NCBI GenBank assembly: GCA_052035195.1
Contig: JBPOHU010000006.1
Span: 1-46,430 of the forward strand
Direction: 5' to 3'
Source: Candidatus Nomurabacteria bacterium
GTDB lineage: Bacteria > Patescibacteriota > Minisyncoccia > Phycocordibacterales > UBA9973
DNA: 46,430 nucleotides
The notes below the pieces were generated by a model that was not told the DNA's origin, did not search any database, and worked only from the letters and a program-made list of their open reading frames with translations. Both the position numbers and the translations under genes were made by a program. Every line of letters begins with the position of its first letter. Positions within the stretch are counted from its first letter, which is position 1. Positions 18,098 to 28,180 of the stretch are shown here, one piece after another.

Positions 18098-20056
18098 ATG
18101 CAATCTCTAATCCCAGAACTCAAAGTCGGAGCCGTATTTGAAGGCTCTATTAATATTTCTACCAAAGGTACAGGTTACGTAAAGGTCCTGCCTGCGCAGG
18201 CAGGCCGAGATCGTATCTCTATCGAAGTCCCCCGAGAAGCACTTAACCGAGCTTTTCACGGAGACACAGTATCTGTAGAAGTAACAGAACTCCAAAATCC
18301 AGCTCATGACAACCCATACGGCAAAGTCATAGATATTCCTCGCCGAGCAAAAGTTGGCTATAGTGGCACACTATCTTTCGAACAAGGTGCACACTGCATA
18401 GTAACCAACGATGGTCGCATGTATACACCTATTGTTATACCGGGAGATAAACTCTCTGGAGCAAAAGCTGGTGATAAAGTATTTTGTTCTATTACAGACT
18501 GGCCAGATCCTATGGGCACTCCTAGTGGTGAAGTGACACGTGTTCTTGGTAAACCACTTGAGAACAATGCCGAAATGCTTTCTCTAGCTCTTGAAAAAGG
18601 TTTTGATGATACATACCCTAAAGAAGTAGAAGAAGAAGCAAAAGCTATTCATGAGCACGGTATTACCGAAGACGAAATAGTAACCAGAAGAGACTTCAGA
18701 CAAACTACTACTTTTACTATAGACCCAGCAGATGCCAAAGACTTTGATGATGCTATCTCTATAAAATTTTTAGAAAATGGAAATACTGAAGTAGGTATTC
18801 ACATTGCAGACGTATCTCACTATGTACGCCCTGGTACAGCTCTCGATGCCGAAGCTTATCGTAGGGCTACATCTGTCTACTTGGTAGACCGCACTATCCC
18901 TATGCTCCCAGAAGTTCTCTCAAATGAGCTTTGTTCGCTAAACCCAGATGTTGATCGCCTAACCATGAGTGCTGTTTTTGAAATCACTCCAAAATTTGAA
19001 GTTGTAAATGAATGGTTTGGTAAAACAGTTATACACTCTCACTATCGTTTTAGTTATGAAAATGCACAAGAGGTACTAGATAAAAATGAAGGTCCTTTTC
19101 TAAAAGAACTCCAAAGTGCTTTATCTATAGCACAAGACCTAGAGAAAAAACGTTTTGCTTCAGGGGCATTATCCTTAGACTCACCAGAAGTGAAATTTAC
19201 GCTCGACGAAACAGGCCACCCTATCGGTGTTTATCAAAAGATTCGTGGAGCAACACACCATATGATTGAAGAGCTCATGCTTCTAGCTAACAGAAAGGTA
19301 GCGCAATTCATTGCTACTCGCGATACAAATGCACAAGAAATATTTATGTATCGTATTCACGACAAGCCTGACTTGGATCGAATGAGCGACCTTCATCTTT
19401 TCCTTAAGCGTCTTGGCCATACTCTTCCACTAAACAAAGACGGTATTATTCCATCGAAAGAATTAAATGATTTACTTATTTCACTAGAAGGAAAGCCTGA
19501 GAAAGAAACAGTTCAGATTTCTATTATCAGAAGTATGGCAAAGGCTATCTACTCTACAAAAAACATAGGCCACTATGGTTTGGCTTTTGAGTTTTATACC
19601 CACTTCACTTCTCCTATTCGTCGTTACCCTGACCTTGTAGTTCACAGACTTTTGCAGTCTTACCTCCAAAGTGAAACTGTTAGTAAGGACACTTGGGCAA
19701 ACTATGACAAAATAGCTTCCCACTCTTCAACCAGAGAAAAAGAAGCAGCTGATGCAGAACGAGCATCTATTAAATACAAACAAACAGAGTACATGGCAGA
19801 CCGCGTAGGACAAATCTTTGACGGCTCTGTAACAGGCGTATCAATGAACGGATTATTTGTTGAAGAAAAAGAAAGTAAATGTGAAGGAATGATAAGACTT
19901 CGTGATTTAGGAAATGACTACTTTGAATACAACGATAAAGAACTTGCAATAATAGGCAAAAGAACAAAGAAAACATTTCGCATTGGAGATAAGGTGAAGT
20001 TTAAAGTTACAAATGCTGATATTACTAAAAGAATGATCGATTATACTCTTGTTTAG
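18098..20056 (+). CDS. rnr: Ribonuclease R (RNB-family 3'-5' exoribonuclease)
   Basis: RNB motifs TIDPADAKDFDDAIS and YTHFTSPIRRYPDLVVHR, plus a C-terminal S1 domain (FDGSVTGVSMNGLFVE). Confidence 0.9.
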   Translation: MQSLIPELKVGAVFEGSINISTKGTGYVKVLPAQAGRDRISIEVPREALNRAFHGDTVSVEVTELQNPAHDNPYGKVIDIPRRAKVGYSGTLSFEQGAHCIVTNDGRMYTPIVIPGDKLSGAKAGDKVFCSITDWPDPMGTPSGEVTRVLGKPLENNAEMLSLALEKGFDDTYPKEVEEEAKAIHEHGITEDEIVTRRDFRQTTTFTIDPADAKDFDDAISIKFLENGNTEVGIHIADVSHYVRPGTALDAEAYRRATSVYLVDRTIPMLPEVLSNELCSLNPDVDRLTMSAVFEITPKFEVVNEWFGKTVIHSHYRFSYENAQEVLDKNEGPFLKELQSALSIAQDLEKKRFASGALSLDSPEVKFTLDETGHPIGVYQKIRGATHHMIEELMLLANRKVAQFIATRDTNAQEIFMYRIHDKPDLDRMSDLHLFLKRLGHTLPLNKDGIIPSKELNDLLISLEGKPEKETVQISIIRSMAKAIYSTKNIGHYGLAFEFYTHFTSPIRRYPDLVVHRLLQSYLQSETVSKDTWANYDKIASHSSTREKEAADAERASIKYKQTEYMADRVGQIFDGSVTGVSMNGLFVEEKESKCEGMIRLRDLGNDYFEYNDKELAIIGKRTKKTFRIGDKVKFKVTNADITKRMIDYTLV

Positions 20057-20057
20057 C

Positions 20058-21500
20058 ATGTCCAAAAAAAACCACTTATTCATTTTTATATTTCTTTTTA
20101 TATTGTTTATTGGAAGTTTGACCTTTGTTCTAACTAATTCAATATCAAGTGCAAAAGATATTCCTGTTATAAAAAATATTTCAGAAAAAATTTCTAAACC
20201 AAAAACAAATGGTTTAACTATGTTTCGTGGCAACATATCTCGCAATTTTTATGGCACAGGACCTATCCCTACTAATCCTGAAGTTTTATGGAAATACCCA
20301 AAAACAAAACCTCTCTGCGCTTCTTCAACAGTAGGAAGAGTGAGTAAAGTTTGGTGCGGTTCAGGATGGACTGGTCAACCAGTAGTTTGGGAAAATCCAA
20401 ATGGAATAACTGAAATAATAGTTGGTACTTATGGTAGATCGATACATTTCATAAATTCAGAAACAGGAGAGGCCACAAGAGAACCTTTTCCTACTGGAGA
20501 CATAATAAAAGGATCAGTTACACTTGACCCTGATGGTTTCCCTCTTTTATACAGTGGATCAAGAGATAACTTTTATCGAATAATAGCTTTAGACCGAGAA
20601 GTTCCTACAGAACTCTGGAAAATTGAAGCGAAACTAAGCGACGGTGTATGGAATAACGACTGGGACGGCAATGGCTTGATTGAAAACGATATTTTATACG
20701 AAGGAAGTGAAAATGGTATTTTCCATGCGATAAAACTAAATCGCTCTTATGATGAATCTGGAAAAGTAAAAGTAGAACCAAAGGAACTAGTTTCTATTCC
20801 TACTTTTTCAAAAGATTTTATAGCTCTTGTAGGAGATGACGATCTTAGTATTGAGAGCTCTCCATTAAAAATAGGAGATGTGGTTTATGTAGCAAATTCA
20901 GGAGGAAGAATTATGGGTTTTGATGTTTCAAAAGTACTTGATGGTTTAGCTCCTACTGTATTTGATTTTTGGACTGGGGACGATACTGATGCCACACTAA
21001 TAACTGACGACAAAGGCTTTATCTATGCTGTTAGTGAAGAAGAAAGACTAAATCAAAGATCAAAAGAAATAGGACAAATAATAAAACTGGATACAAAAAA
21101 ACCAGAAAATCCTTTGGTTTGGAATATACACGTACCTGCTCGTGGTGGTGTTATAGGTGGAGTTTGGGCAACACCAGCAATCTACAAAGACTATTTATAT
21201 GTAACTACAAATCCAGGAGAATTATTAACTATAGACAAAAACTCTGGTGAGGTACTAAGTCGAATCTTTGTTGGAGATCATGCTTGGAGCTCTCCAAATG
21301 TTGTTGATGATGTCTTGACCATAGGAACATGCCAAGGATCACTCAAGGCTTTCTCACTAACAAATCCAAACACTCCGACAGAAATATGGTCTCTGCCTAT
21401 TGGAGGCGAAAGCTGTATCGAATCTACTCCTGCTATTTGGAAAGGCAACTTTTATTTTGGAACACGCGAAGGTTATATATTTAAAGTAGGGCAAAAATAA
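20058..21500 (+). CDS. Membrane-anchored/secreted PQQ-like (BamB-like) beta-propeller repeat protein
   Basis: N-terminal hydrophobic anchor, then repeated units of about 40 aa with W/G-rich blades (GSGWTGQPVVW, VYVANSGGRIMGFD, YVTTNPGELLTID, FYFGTREGYIFKV). ATG at 20058, just after the rnr TAG. Confidence 0.65.
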   Translation: MSKKNHLFIFIFLFILFIGSLTFVLTNSISSAKDIPVIKNISEKISKPKTNGLTMFRGNISRNFYGTGPIPTNPEVLWKYPKTKPLCASSTVGRVSKVWCGSGWTGQPVVWENPNGITEIIVGTYGRSIHFINSETGEATREPFPTGDIIKGSVTLDPDGFPLLYSGSRDNFYRIIALDREVPTELWKIEAKLSDGVWNNDWDGNGLIENDILYEGSENGIFHAIKLNRSYDESGKVKVEPKELVSIPTFSKDFIALVGDDDLSIESSPLKIGDVVYVANSGGRIMGFDVSKVLDGLAPTVFDFWTGDDTDATLITDDKGFIYAVSEEERLNQRSKEIGQIIKLDTKKPENPLVWNIHVPARGGVIGGVWATPAIYKDYLYVTTNPGELLTIDKNSGEVLSRIFVGDHAWSSPNVVDDVLTIGTCQGSLKAFSLTNPNTPTEIWSLPIGGESCIESTPAIWKGNFYFGTREGYIFKVGQK

Positions 21501-21538
21501 AAGCCCAACTATTTTTTGCAAAATAGCGGGCTTTTTTT
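21500..21538. terminator. Bidirectional terminator between the propeller gene (+) and the GNAT gene (-)
   Basis: agcccaactatttt-ttgc-aaaatagcgggct with flanking A and T runs. Confidence 0.65.
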
Positions 21539-21543
21539 ATTTT

Positions 21544-22017
21544 TTAAAAAGGTGCAATACCTTTGGTCATTTTTTTGCGCAACCCAAGGTCAGGCAAAAC
21601 GAAAGCTTCTCGGGAACATGTCCAACCTTGTTTTTCCAAAAAACTAACCATCTCTACAGGAGCATCACACCAAAAGGCGGTAATACCTTTTTCTTTATTG
21701 ATTATTGCTTCAGCAAAAGCTATTAATCTTTCACCTATGCCCATTTCCTGAAAGTCTTTTGCTGTTGCCATTCCACGGAGTTGATACGCCGGCACATCTT
21801 CAAAAGTATTGAGGAAATAAGAAACACAACAAACAGGTTTCTTGAGCGACTCGGGGGTACGTGCAACAAAGTGCATAGTACTTTTGAGAAAATCCTTATC
21901 AAGGATTATTGAGCTTTTAAAATCATTTGGCTTCAATGCTTGATGCCTAAGATCAAGGATTTTACTATTCATAGAGCAAGAAAAAAACTTTAAATCAATT
22001 GCTGTCGTTGTTTCCAT
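21544..22017 (-). CDS. GNAT-family N-acetyltransferase
   Basis: QLRGMATAKDFQEMGIGERLIAFAE matches the acetyl-CoA-binding motif A (Q/RxxGxG/A). ATG at 22017; the track start is a TTG. Confidence 0.75.
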   Translation of the reverse strand: METTTAIDLKFFSCSMNSKILDLRHQALKPNDFKSSIILDKDFLKSTMHFVARTPESLKKPVCCVSYFLNTFEDVPAYQLRGMATAKDFQEMGIGERLIAFAEAIINKEKGITAFWCDAPVEMVSFLEKQGWTCSREAFVLPDLGLRKKMTKGIAPF

Positions 22018-22112
22018 TTTTTTTAAATTTGTCTTCAATTTAACACATTTTTTACTATAGTCAAGCTATCGTAATGGTTCAATACCTTTGCATCACTCTG
22101 ATGCACTAGGAT

Positions 22113-22325
22113 ATGAATATGGCATATACAACAAATGAAAAGGTTGGCAAAGTCAGAATTGCTGCTATTCGTATGGTTTTAAGTGGCAAATCAACTAGAG
22201 AAGTTGCAAGATACTTTGGATACAATCAATCCACTATAGTTCGTTGGTATAAAAGACGAAGTGAGGCTTGGCACAGAAGAGAACTGCCAACCAAAAGGAT
22301 TAGACCTGGAAGGTCGACCTGTTAA
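22113..22325 (+). pseudogene. Truncated transposase/integrase N-terminal HTH fragment (IS481/IS3-like)
   Basis: RIAAIRMVLSGKSTREVARYFGYNQSTIVRWYKR is a typical transposase HTH. The ORF stops after 70 aa, no catalytic DDE region follows, and the next ORF is in another frame. Confidence 0.4.
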
Positions 22326-22329
22326 GAAA

Positions 22330-22683
22330 ATGTACCTTGAAGCTGCCCGCCTTAATGTCCAGGAAACAGATTTTGAAGAAGTAGAAGTTCCTGATCAAAT
22401 ACTTGGTACCCAAGTAACCGAAAAAGGAAGTGGCTTCACTGGTATGGGGGTGTCATTTATAAGGCATATAAACGGATGTTTTCACATCTATATCCAGCCG
22501 AAAGGTGTAAACCTGAAAACTGGTTCCATTATTGAAAAATTAGATTTTGACCTTCGTAGTTGCGAAGGCGAAATGATAACCCAGTTGTCTGAAGCTGAGC
22601 TTAAAGAAAGTAAGCTTGCCACCCCTTCTCCAACAGAAGGAACTTCTAACAATGAGCCTGTTTTTAGTACCCTGGAATATTAA
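22330..22683 (+). CDS. Hypothetical protein
   Basis: ORF from the ATG at 22330 (MYLEAARLNVQ...), followed by a strong terminator. No recognisable domain. Confidence 0.35.
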   Translation: MYLEAARLNVQETDFEEVEVPDQILGTQVTEKGSGFTGMGVSFIRHINGCFHIYIQPKGVNLKTGSIIEKLDFDLRSCEGEMITQLSEAELKESKLATPSPTEGTSNNEPVFSTLEY

Positions 22684-22700
22684 TAATTTTAAGTTAAATC

Positions 22701-22730
22701 AAACCCGTTAAACAGATTAACGGGTTTTTT
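22701..22730 (+). terminator. Intrinsic terminator
   Basis: aaacccgttaa-acagat-ttaacgggtttttt. Confidence 0.7.
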
Positions 22731-22811
22731 ATTACCTCAAACCCTCTTGAACACCCCAAATTTTAAACAAATAAAAAAGCCGCCTTTTGAGAGGTGACTG
22801 AGAATAATTTT

Positions 22812-23153
22812 TTAAGCTTTTCCAAAGAACGTATTGAGTTTTTCTATTTGCTCATAAAAGGAGGACGGATCGAAGAGAAACACCTCCGATGATTCGTATA
22901 CCACTTCATTTTTTTCAAAACACAATACATGAATACGGTTACCTACCATAGAAATTTTAATCTCAGCAGTAAGAGAGTTCGATTTCTTTGAAGATAAGGT
23001 TAGGTTTTTTACAGCACCATAATCATCAAGCACTGGTACCATAATGACATCCTGGTTTGTAATTTTTTCTCTTAAAAAATTTTGTAACTTTTCAACTTCT
23101 TTATTGAAACGCTTAATAACAGGGTTCAATAAGTCATAAAAATCTAAATTCAT
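22812..23153 (-). CDS. Hypothetical 113-aa protein
   Basis: Clean ORF in a non-overlapping position. No recognisable domain. Confidence 0.5.
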   Translation of the reverse strand: MNLDFYDLLNPVIKRFNKEVEKLQNFLREKITNQDVIMVPVLDDYGAVKNLTLSSKKSNSLTAEIKISMVGNRIHVLCFEKNEVVYESSEVFLFDPSSFYEQIEKLNTFFGKA

Positions 23154-23234
23154 ATTGAGTATTTTTGATGAGAAATTTGTTTACCCTACTCTACCTTATT
23201 TTTTACTATAGTCAATGAGGTATTACCGACCAGG

Positions 23235-23263
23235 TTGAGCAGTTAAAACTTTAATGCTATAAT
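23235..23263 (+). promoter_or_regulatory. Promoter TTGAGC-17-TATAAT for secG
   Basis: -35 at 23235-23240 and -10 at 23258-23263, 18 nt before the secG ATG. Confidence 0.5.
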
Positions 23264-23281
23264 GACTCTTGTAAAACCTTT

Positions 23282-23506
23282 ATGGCACAAACACTGCAAA
23301 TCATTCAAATAGTCTCTAGTCTTCTACTGGTTGTCCTTGTTCTAGTTCAAAGAGCAAATGGAGACACAGGAAGCTCTCTAGGCGGAGACGGATCATCATT
23401 CCTTCAAACACGACGAGGTGCTGAACGGCTTTTGTTTATTTTTACTGTTATTGTCGCTATTGTATTTATTGCTGCAAGTATTGCTTCAATAGTACTCTCT
23501 CGATAA
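23282..23506 (+). CDS. secG: Preprotein translocase subunit SecG
   Basis: 74 aa with two TM helices and the characteristic G/S-rich loop (GDTGSSLGGDGSSFL). Confidence 0.8.
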   Translation: MAQTLQIIQIVSSLLLVVLVLVQRANGDTGSSLGGDGSSFLQTRRGAERLLFIFTVIVAIVFIAASIASIVLSR

Positions 23507-23556
23507 CAAACACAAACGCTCTCTATACTCAGGCGCTTTAACTGCGTTATATCTTT

Positions 23557-25035
23557 ATGAAATCACACGTTCTATCGTTTCTTTCATTTCTTAAAACAAA
23601 AAAAATTCCCAACAAAGAAAACCTAAACTCAATTCGTGAGATGCCATTTTCAACTGTTCATGTTTTTATTGTTTTAGTAATTATTTTTATTATTTCTATT
23701 TTTTTTAGTATTTTACTGAAGGCAAATTCTTTTATTTCGGTAGAAGTTCCTGACTATGGAGGGAAAATAACAGAAGGAGTCATTGGAGCTCCAAAATATA
23801 TAAACCCTCTGCTCGCTACAAGCGAAACAGATAAGCTTCTGAGTTCTTTGGTATATGACGGACTTATGAAAGAAGACTTTAGTGGCACACTGTCCCCACT
23901 TATTGCCTCAAACTGTGTATCAAACCCTACAGAAACCTCTTATCAATGTGTCTTACCAAAAGATATAAACTTTTCAAACAAAACACCGCTTACTGTATCA
24001 GACGTAGCTTTTACATTTGAAACAAAGAAAGTTTTAGCATTAGAGTCCGACAGTCAAAGTTCTTGGAGAGGTGTATCTATACAGATAATAGACCCTCAAA
24101 CAATAGAAATATCTACTTCTCTATCCCCTGACTCTTTAAAAGAAAAAATGTCTCTAGGAATAGTTTCTAAAGCACTCTGGGAATCAGTCCCTCGTGATCA
24201 ATTTAAAGAAAGTGTTCTAAATATGAAACCAATCGGAGCAGGTTCATTTATTGTGAAGAAAATTAAAATTGTAAACACTATCCCAACAGAAGTAATCCTC
24301 AAAAGAAACCCTCATTCAAAAAATAAACCCTATGTTGAGACTCTAATAGTTCGTAGTTTCGCAAATCAACTAGACCTCAAATCTAGCCTCCTATCCAAAG
24401 ACATAGATAGCACTAGTGCTTTACGCGGAGTCTTTATAGATGAAGATATAAAAAAATATTTTGACATCTCTAATATAGAAACAAAAAAACAAGTTGTCCT
24501 ATTCGTAAATCAAAATCAAAAAGACTCATCTGCATCAAAAACCTTAAAATCTTTAAATCCATTCATTGACAAAAAAATAATAACTGATATCATAGAAAAT
24601 GGTTATGGTATTCCTCTATTAGAGGATACTCCTCGCAGTGAATCAGAAATTCCAAAGATTACTGAAACAGGGCTACAGATATCAATCGCTGTACAAAAAG
24701 ATGAAGATCTCATCAAAACAGCCGAACTTCTCTCTGAATCGTTAAAAGACTTTGGTATAATATCTACGGTGAACGTATTTGATCAAGGAATATTCACTGA
24801 TCAAATGTCCCTAGGATCCTATTCATTCGTTCTCGGAATATCTACAAAAGATAATACTCCAGGATACCAACACCTCATCCCTATCTATACAAAAACATTA
24901 GTTCACATTAAGTCCAAAGAACTCAATGCGAAAACTCCTACTTTAGTAGAGTCTAGCCACGAGTCTGTGCGGTACGCACCCTTATGGTACGGCAGAACTG
25001 ATTTAGTATGGAAATGGTTTACACATAATATTTAA
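23557..25035 (+). CDS. Family-5 (peptide/nickel type) solute-binding protein, membrane-anchored, with no adjacent permease
   Basis: GGKITEGVIGAPKYINPLLATSETDKLLSSLVYDGLMK is the typical N-terminal SBP_bac_5 signature. An N-terminal TM anchor is present. Confidence 0.65.
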   Translation: MKSHVLSFLSFLKTKKIPNKENLNSIREMPFSTVHVFIVLVIIFIISIFFSILLKANSFISVEVPDYGGKITEGVIGAPKYINPLLATSETDKLLSSLVYDGLMKEDFSGTLSPLIASNCVSNPTETSYQCVLPKDINFSNKTPLTVSDVAFTFETKKVLALESDSQSSWRGVSIQIIDPQTIEISTSLSPDSLKEKMSLGIVSKALWESVPRDQFKESVLNMKPIGAGSFIVKKIKIVNTIPTEVILKRNPHSKNKPYVETLIVRSFANQLDLKSSLLSKDIDSTSALRGVFIDEDIKKYFDISNIETKKQVVLFVNQNQKDSSASKTLKSLNPFIDKKIITDIIENGYGIPLLEDTPRSESEIPKITETGLQISIAVQKDEDLIKTAELLSESLKDFGIISTVNVFDQGIFTDQMSLGSYSFVLGISTKDNTPGYQHLIPIYTKTLVHIKSKELNAKTPTLVESSHESVRYAPLWYGRTDLVWKWFTHNI

Positions 25036-25038
25036 TAC

Positions 25039-26916
25039 ATGACAGAACAAACTCAAAACAATCAAACAAATACACCTTCACACCCAGGCAACAAAAAGCC
25101 TTTCGTGAGACGTAACAAAAACTTTAGCTCTCGCAACCAATTTAAACGCAGACCATCACAGCCACCAGTAGAAATACGTGAGCTCAATGCTATGCCAGCA
25201 GAGCGAAAAACTGCACACATCCCTGATATTACTCCTGGAGTAATACGAATTATTCCTCTTGGTGGAGTAGAAGAAATAGGTAAGAACATGACCGCTATCG
25301 AAATAGGTAACGATATTATCGTTATTGATGCTGGTATGTTCTTTGCCAACGGAGAAACTCCTGGTATCGACTATGTTATTCCAAACACTCGCTATCTAGA
25401 AGAGCGCAAGGATAAAATCCGTGCTCTTATTGTGACTCACGGTCACCTAGACCACATTGGAGGTGTACCACTAGTTTTATCTAGAATAGGAAATCCACCT
25501 GTTTATTCTCGTAACCTAACAGTTCTAATGATGCGCAAACGTCAAACTGAATTCCCTCACCTACCTGCACTTAACGCTATTACTGTTGAGAAAGACGAGG
25601 TTATAACTATCGGAAATATCAAAGTTAAATTCTGGGGTGTAACTCACACTATCCCTGACTCTATGGGAGTTATTATTGAAACTCCTTACGGATGGATTGT
25701 AAACCCAGGAGATTACAAACTTGATCAAGTAGACGGCATAGTAAGCGAAGCTGAAGAAAAAGAATATAAAATATTCGACAACAACAAAACTTTGCTTTTG
25801 ATGACAGACTCAACCAACATTGAAAATGAAGGTTTTGCTCTTCCTGAAATAAAAGTACACCAAGGACTCGAAAATATTATTCGAAGAATCCAAGGCCGTA
25901 TTATTATTGCTGCTTTTGCTTCTCATATTACTCGACTAGTTAAAATTATTCAGATTGCGGAAAGTCTTAACAAAAAAATTGTTCTTGAAGGACGCTCAAT
26001 GAAAACAAACTTTGATATCGTTATTCAAGCTGGACTTATCAAACCTGCTAAAGATTTGATTATCTCAATGGAAGAAGCAGACAAACTACCTCCAAACAGA
26101 GTTGTTATTCTCTCAACTGGTGGACAAGGAGAACAATTTGCAGCTCTATCTCGTGCAGCAGATAAAACTCACAAGAAGTTTACAATAAGAAAAGGTGACA
26201 CTATTATTCTGTCTTCTTCTATTGTTCCAGGAAATGAAAGATCTGTTCAAAAAATGAAAGATGGTCTTTCAAGACAAGGTGTAAAAATAATCAGTTACCG
26301 AACTCCTGGTGAAGACTTCGTGCACGCAACAGGACACGGAAACAAAGAAGACATAAAGTGGCTACACAGAAAGATAAATGAGAAATTCTTTATCCCTATT
26401 CACGGACACCACTACCACCTAGAGCTTCACAAAGAACTCGTTATGGAGCTCGGTATGCCTGAAGAAAATGTAGTAGTACCGGATAACGGTAGTATTATTG
26501 AAATAACAGACAATGGTACAAAGATAGGAGTTCGAAAAGAAAAAGCTCCTGCTAGCCCTATGGTTGTTGATGGCTTCTCTATTGGAGATGAACAATCTGT
26601 AGTCCTAAGAGACAGACAAGCTCTCGCTGATGCAGGTATGTTTGTTATCATCGCAACTATTGATCAGAAAACGGGAATGCTCCGAAAGAGCCCTGACATC
26701 ATCTCTCGAGGTTTTGTTTATCTCAAAGAGAGCCAAGAACTCCTAAGACACACTCGTACACTTATTAAGCGTACAGTTGAGCATGAATATAAAAACAATG
26801 GAGGGCAAAACAACCTTGATAATGTTAAAAATATTGTTGCCGATACTGTGGCAAAATATCTATACCAAAAAACAGCTAAGAGCCCTGTGGTAATACCAGT
26901 GATACTCAGCTTCTAA
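25039..26916 (+). CDS. rnj: Ribonuclease J
   Basis: Metallo-beta-lactamase motif VTHGHLDHIGG, beta-CASP region, HATGHG, and a C-terminal domain. The N-terminal roughly 60 aa is a basic extension. Confidence 0.9.
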   Translation: MTEQTQNNQTNTPSHPGNKKPFVRRNKNFSSRNQFKRRPSQPPVEIRELNAMPAERKTAHIPDITPGVIRIIPLGGVEEIGKNMTAIEIGNDIIVIDAGMFFANGETPGIDYVIPNTRYLEERKDKIRALIVTHGHLDHIGGVPLVLSRIGNPPVYSRNLTVLMMRKRQTEFPHLPALNAITVEKDEVITIGNIKVKFWGVTHTIPDSMGVIIETPYGWIVNPGDYKLDQVDGIVSEAEEKEYKIFDNNKTLLLMTDSTNIENEGFALPEIKVHQGLENIIRRIQGRIIIAAFASHITRLVKIIQIAESLNKKIVLEGRSMKTNFDIVIQAGLIKPAKDLIISMEEADKLPPNRVVILSTGGQGEQFAALSRAADKTHKKFTIRKGDTIILSSSIVPGNERSVQKMKDGLSRQGVKIISYRTPGEDFVHATGHGNKEDIKWLHRKINEKFFIPIHGHHYHLELHKELVMELGMPEENVVVPDNGSIIEITDNGTKIGVRKEKAPASPMVVDGFSIGDEQSVVLRDRQALADAGMFVIIATIDQKTGMLRKSPDIISRGFVYLKESQELLRHTRTLIKRTVEHEYKNNGGQNNLDNVKNIVADTVAKYLYQKTAKSPVVIPVILSF

Positions 26917-26940
26917 AAAAGAAAAAATAAAATAACAAAA

Positions 26941-26969
26941 AGATACAGGTAAATACTGTATCTTTTTGT
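26941..26969 (+). terminator. Intrinsic terminator after rnj
   Basis: agatacag-gtaaata-ctgtatct followed by ttttgtt. Confidence 0.65.
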
Positions 26970-26998
26970 TATACTGTAAAAATAATTTCAAGCTTACA

Positions 26999-28141
26999 AT
27001 GAGACACATCAGATTTATATTCTTAGCATCTTTTTTCTTTTCTCTTCATTTGGCATTATTGGCCTATCTAAACTCAAGTATGCTAAGTCAGTTCGCTTCT
27101 GCGAGTACAATAAGCTTTGTTTATACAACAGCTTCAATACTATCATTGATATTGGTAAGCGTAGCTCCTTCTATTATCCGATCTATTGGAGCATTTAAGT
27201 ACATAATATGGACCTTGATTCTAAGTACGAGCCTGCTCTATCTAATCAGTACCCATACCGGAGTATCTATTATTCCATTTTTTATACTTTATTTTGCTTT
27301 AAACTCAGCAATACTTTATGGACTAGATTTATTTATTGAGCACTATAGTACAGAATCAAATACCGGAAATATTCGTGGCACTTATCTTACTCTAGCAAAT
27401 CTGGGCTGGGTCGCTGCTCCTATAATATCAACCTCTATTCAAACAGCTTTTGGCTTTTCTTTTATTTATCTTATTGCAGCTTTTGCTGTTTTTGCATCTC
27501 TTTTGGTTTTATTCTTTAGCCAAAGAGGTTTTGTGGATAAGGCTTATAAAAAAAGCTCTTTAAGAGAAGCACTAAGAGTATTAAGACAAAATAAAACAAT
27601 AAGAATTATTACTGGGCTTAATTTTTTACTTCAACTTTTCTTTGTTGTAATGGTTATATATAGCCCTGTATACCTCACAAGTGTTATTGGATTTTCTTGG
27701 AAAGCTCTTGGAATACTGTTAACTGCTATGCTTTTGCCTTTTGTTATTTTTCCTTATCCTTCTGGAAGACTTGCGGATAAATACTTGGGTGAAAAAGAGT
27801 TAATGTGTTTTGGTCTTTTGGTAATAGGGGCGTCAACTCTAGTCTTCGCAAGCCTTGGAGTAGCAAGTTTATTAGCTTACGCTGTTGTTTTATTTGCGAC
27901 GAGAGTAGGAGCAAGTGTACTAGAGACTATGTGTGAAAGCGCTTTTTTCAAACATGTAACTGACGAAGACTCTTCTGTTATTAGTGTCTATAGAAATATG
28001 ATGCCGGTGGCTTATACAGTAGGGCCTCTAATTGCTGGAGCAGTTTTTGCTTTATCTTCATACTACATACTTTTTATTTCTTTAGGAGTACTTATGACGA
28101 TATCAGTAATATTCGCTCTACAAATAAAAGATACAAAATAA
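26999..28141 (+). CDS. MFS-type transporter
   Basis: About 12 predicted TM helices and a central basic loop (RGFVDKAYKKSSLREALRVLRQNK). The ATG at 26999 is preferred over the track's TTG, which overlaps the terminator. Confidence 0.75.
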   Translation: MRHIRFIFLASFFFSLHLALLAYLNSSMLSQFASASTISFVYTTASILSLILVSVAPSIIRSIGAFKYIIWTLILSTSLLYLISTHTGVSIIPFFILYFALNSAILYGLDLFIEHYSTESNTGNIRGTYLTLANLGWVAAPIISTSIQTAFGFSFIYLIAAFAVFASLLVLFFSQRGFVDKAYKKSSLREALRVLRQNKTIRIITGLNFLLQLFFVVMVIYSPVYLTSVIGFSWKALGILLTAMLLPFVIFPYPSGRLADKYLGEKELMCFGLLVIGASTLVFASLGVASLLAYAVVLFATRVGASVLETMCESAFFKHVTDEDSSVISVYRNMMPVAYTVGPLIAGAVFALSSYYILFISLGVLMTISVIFALQIKDTK

Positions 28142-28174
28142 AAAATACCCTCAAACTAATGAGGGTATTTTTTA
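28141..28174. terminator. Bidirectional terminator
   Basis: ataccctc-aaactaat-gagggtat flanked by an A-run and a T-run. Confidence 0.65.
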
Positions 28175-28180
28175 TAAAAA

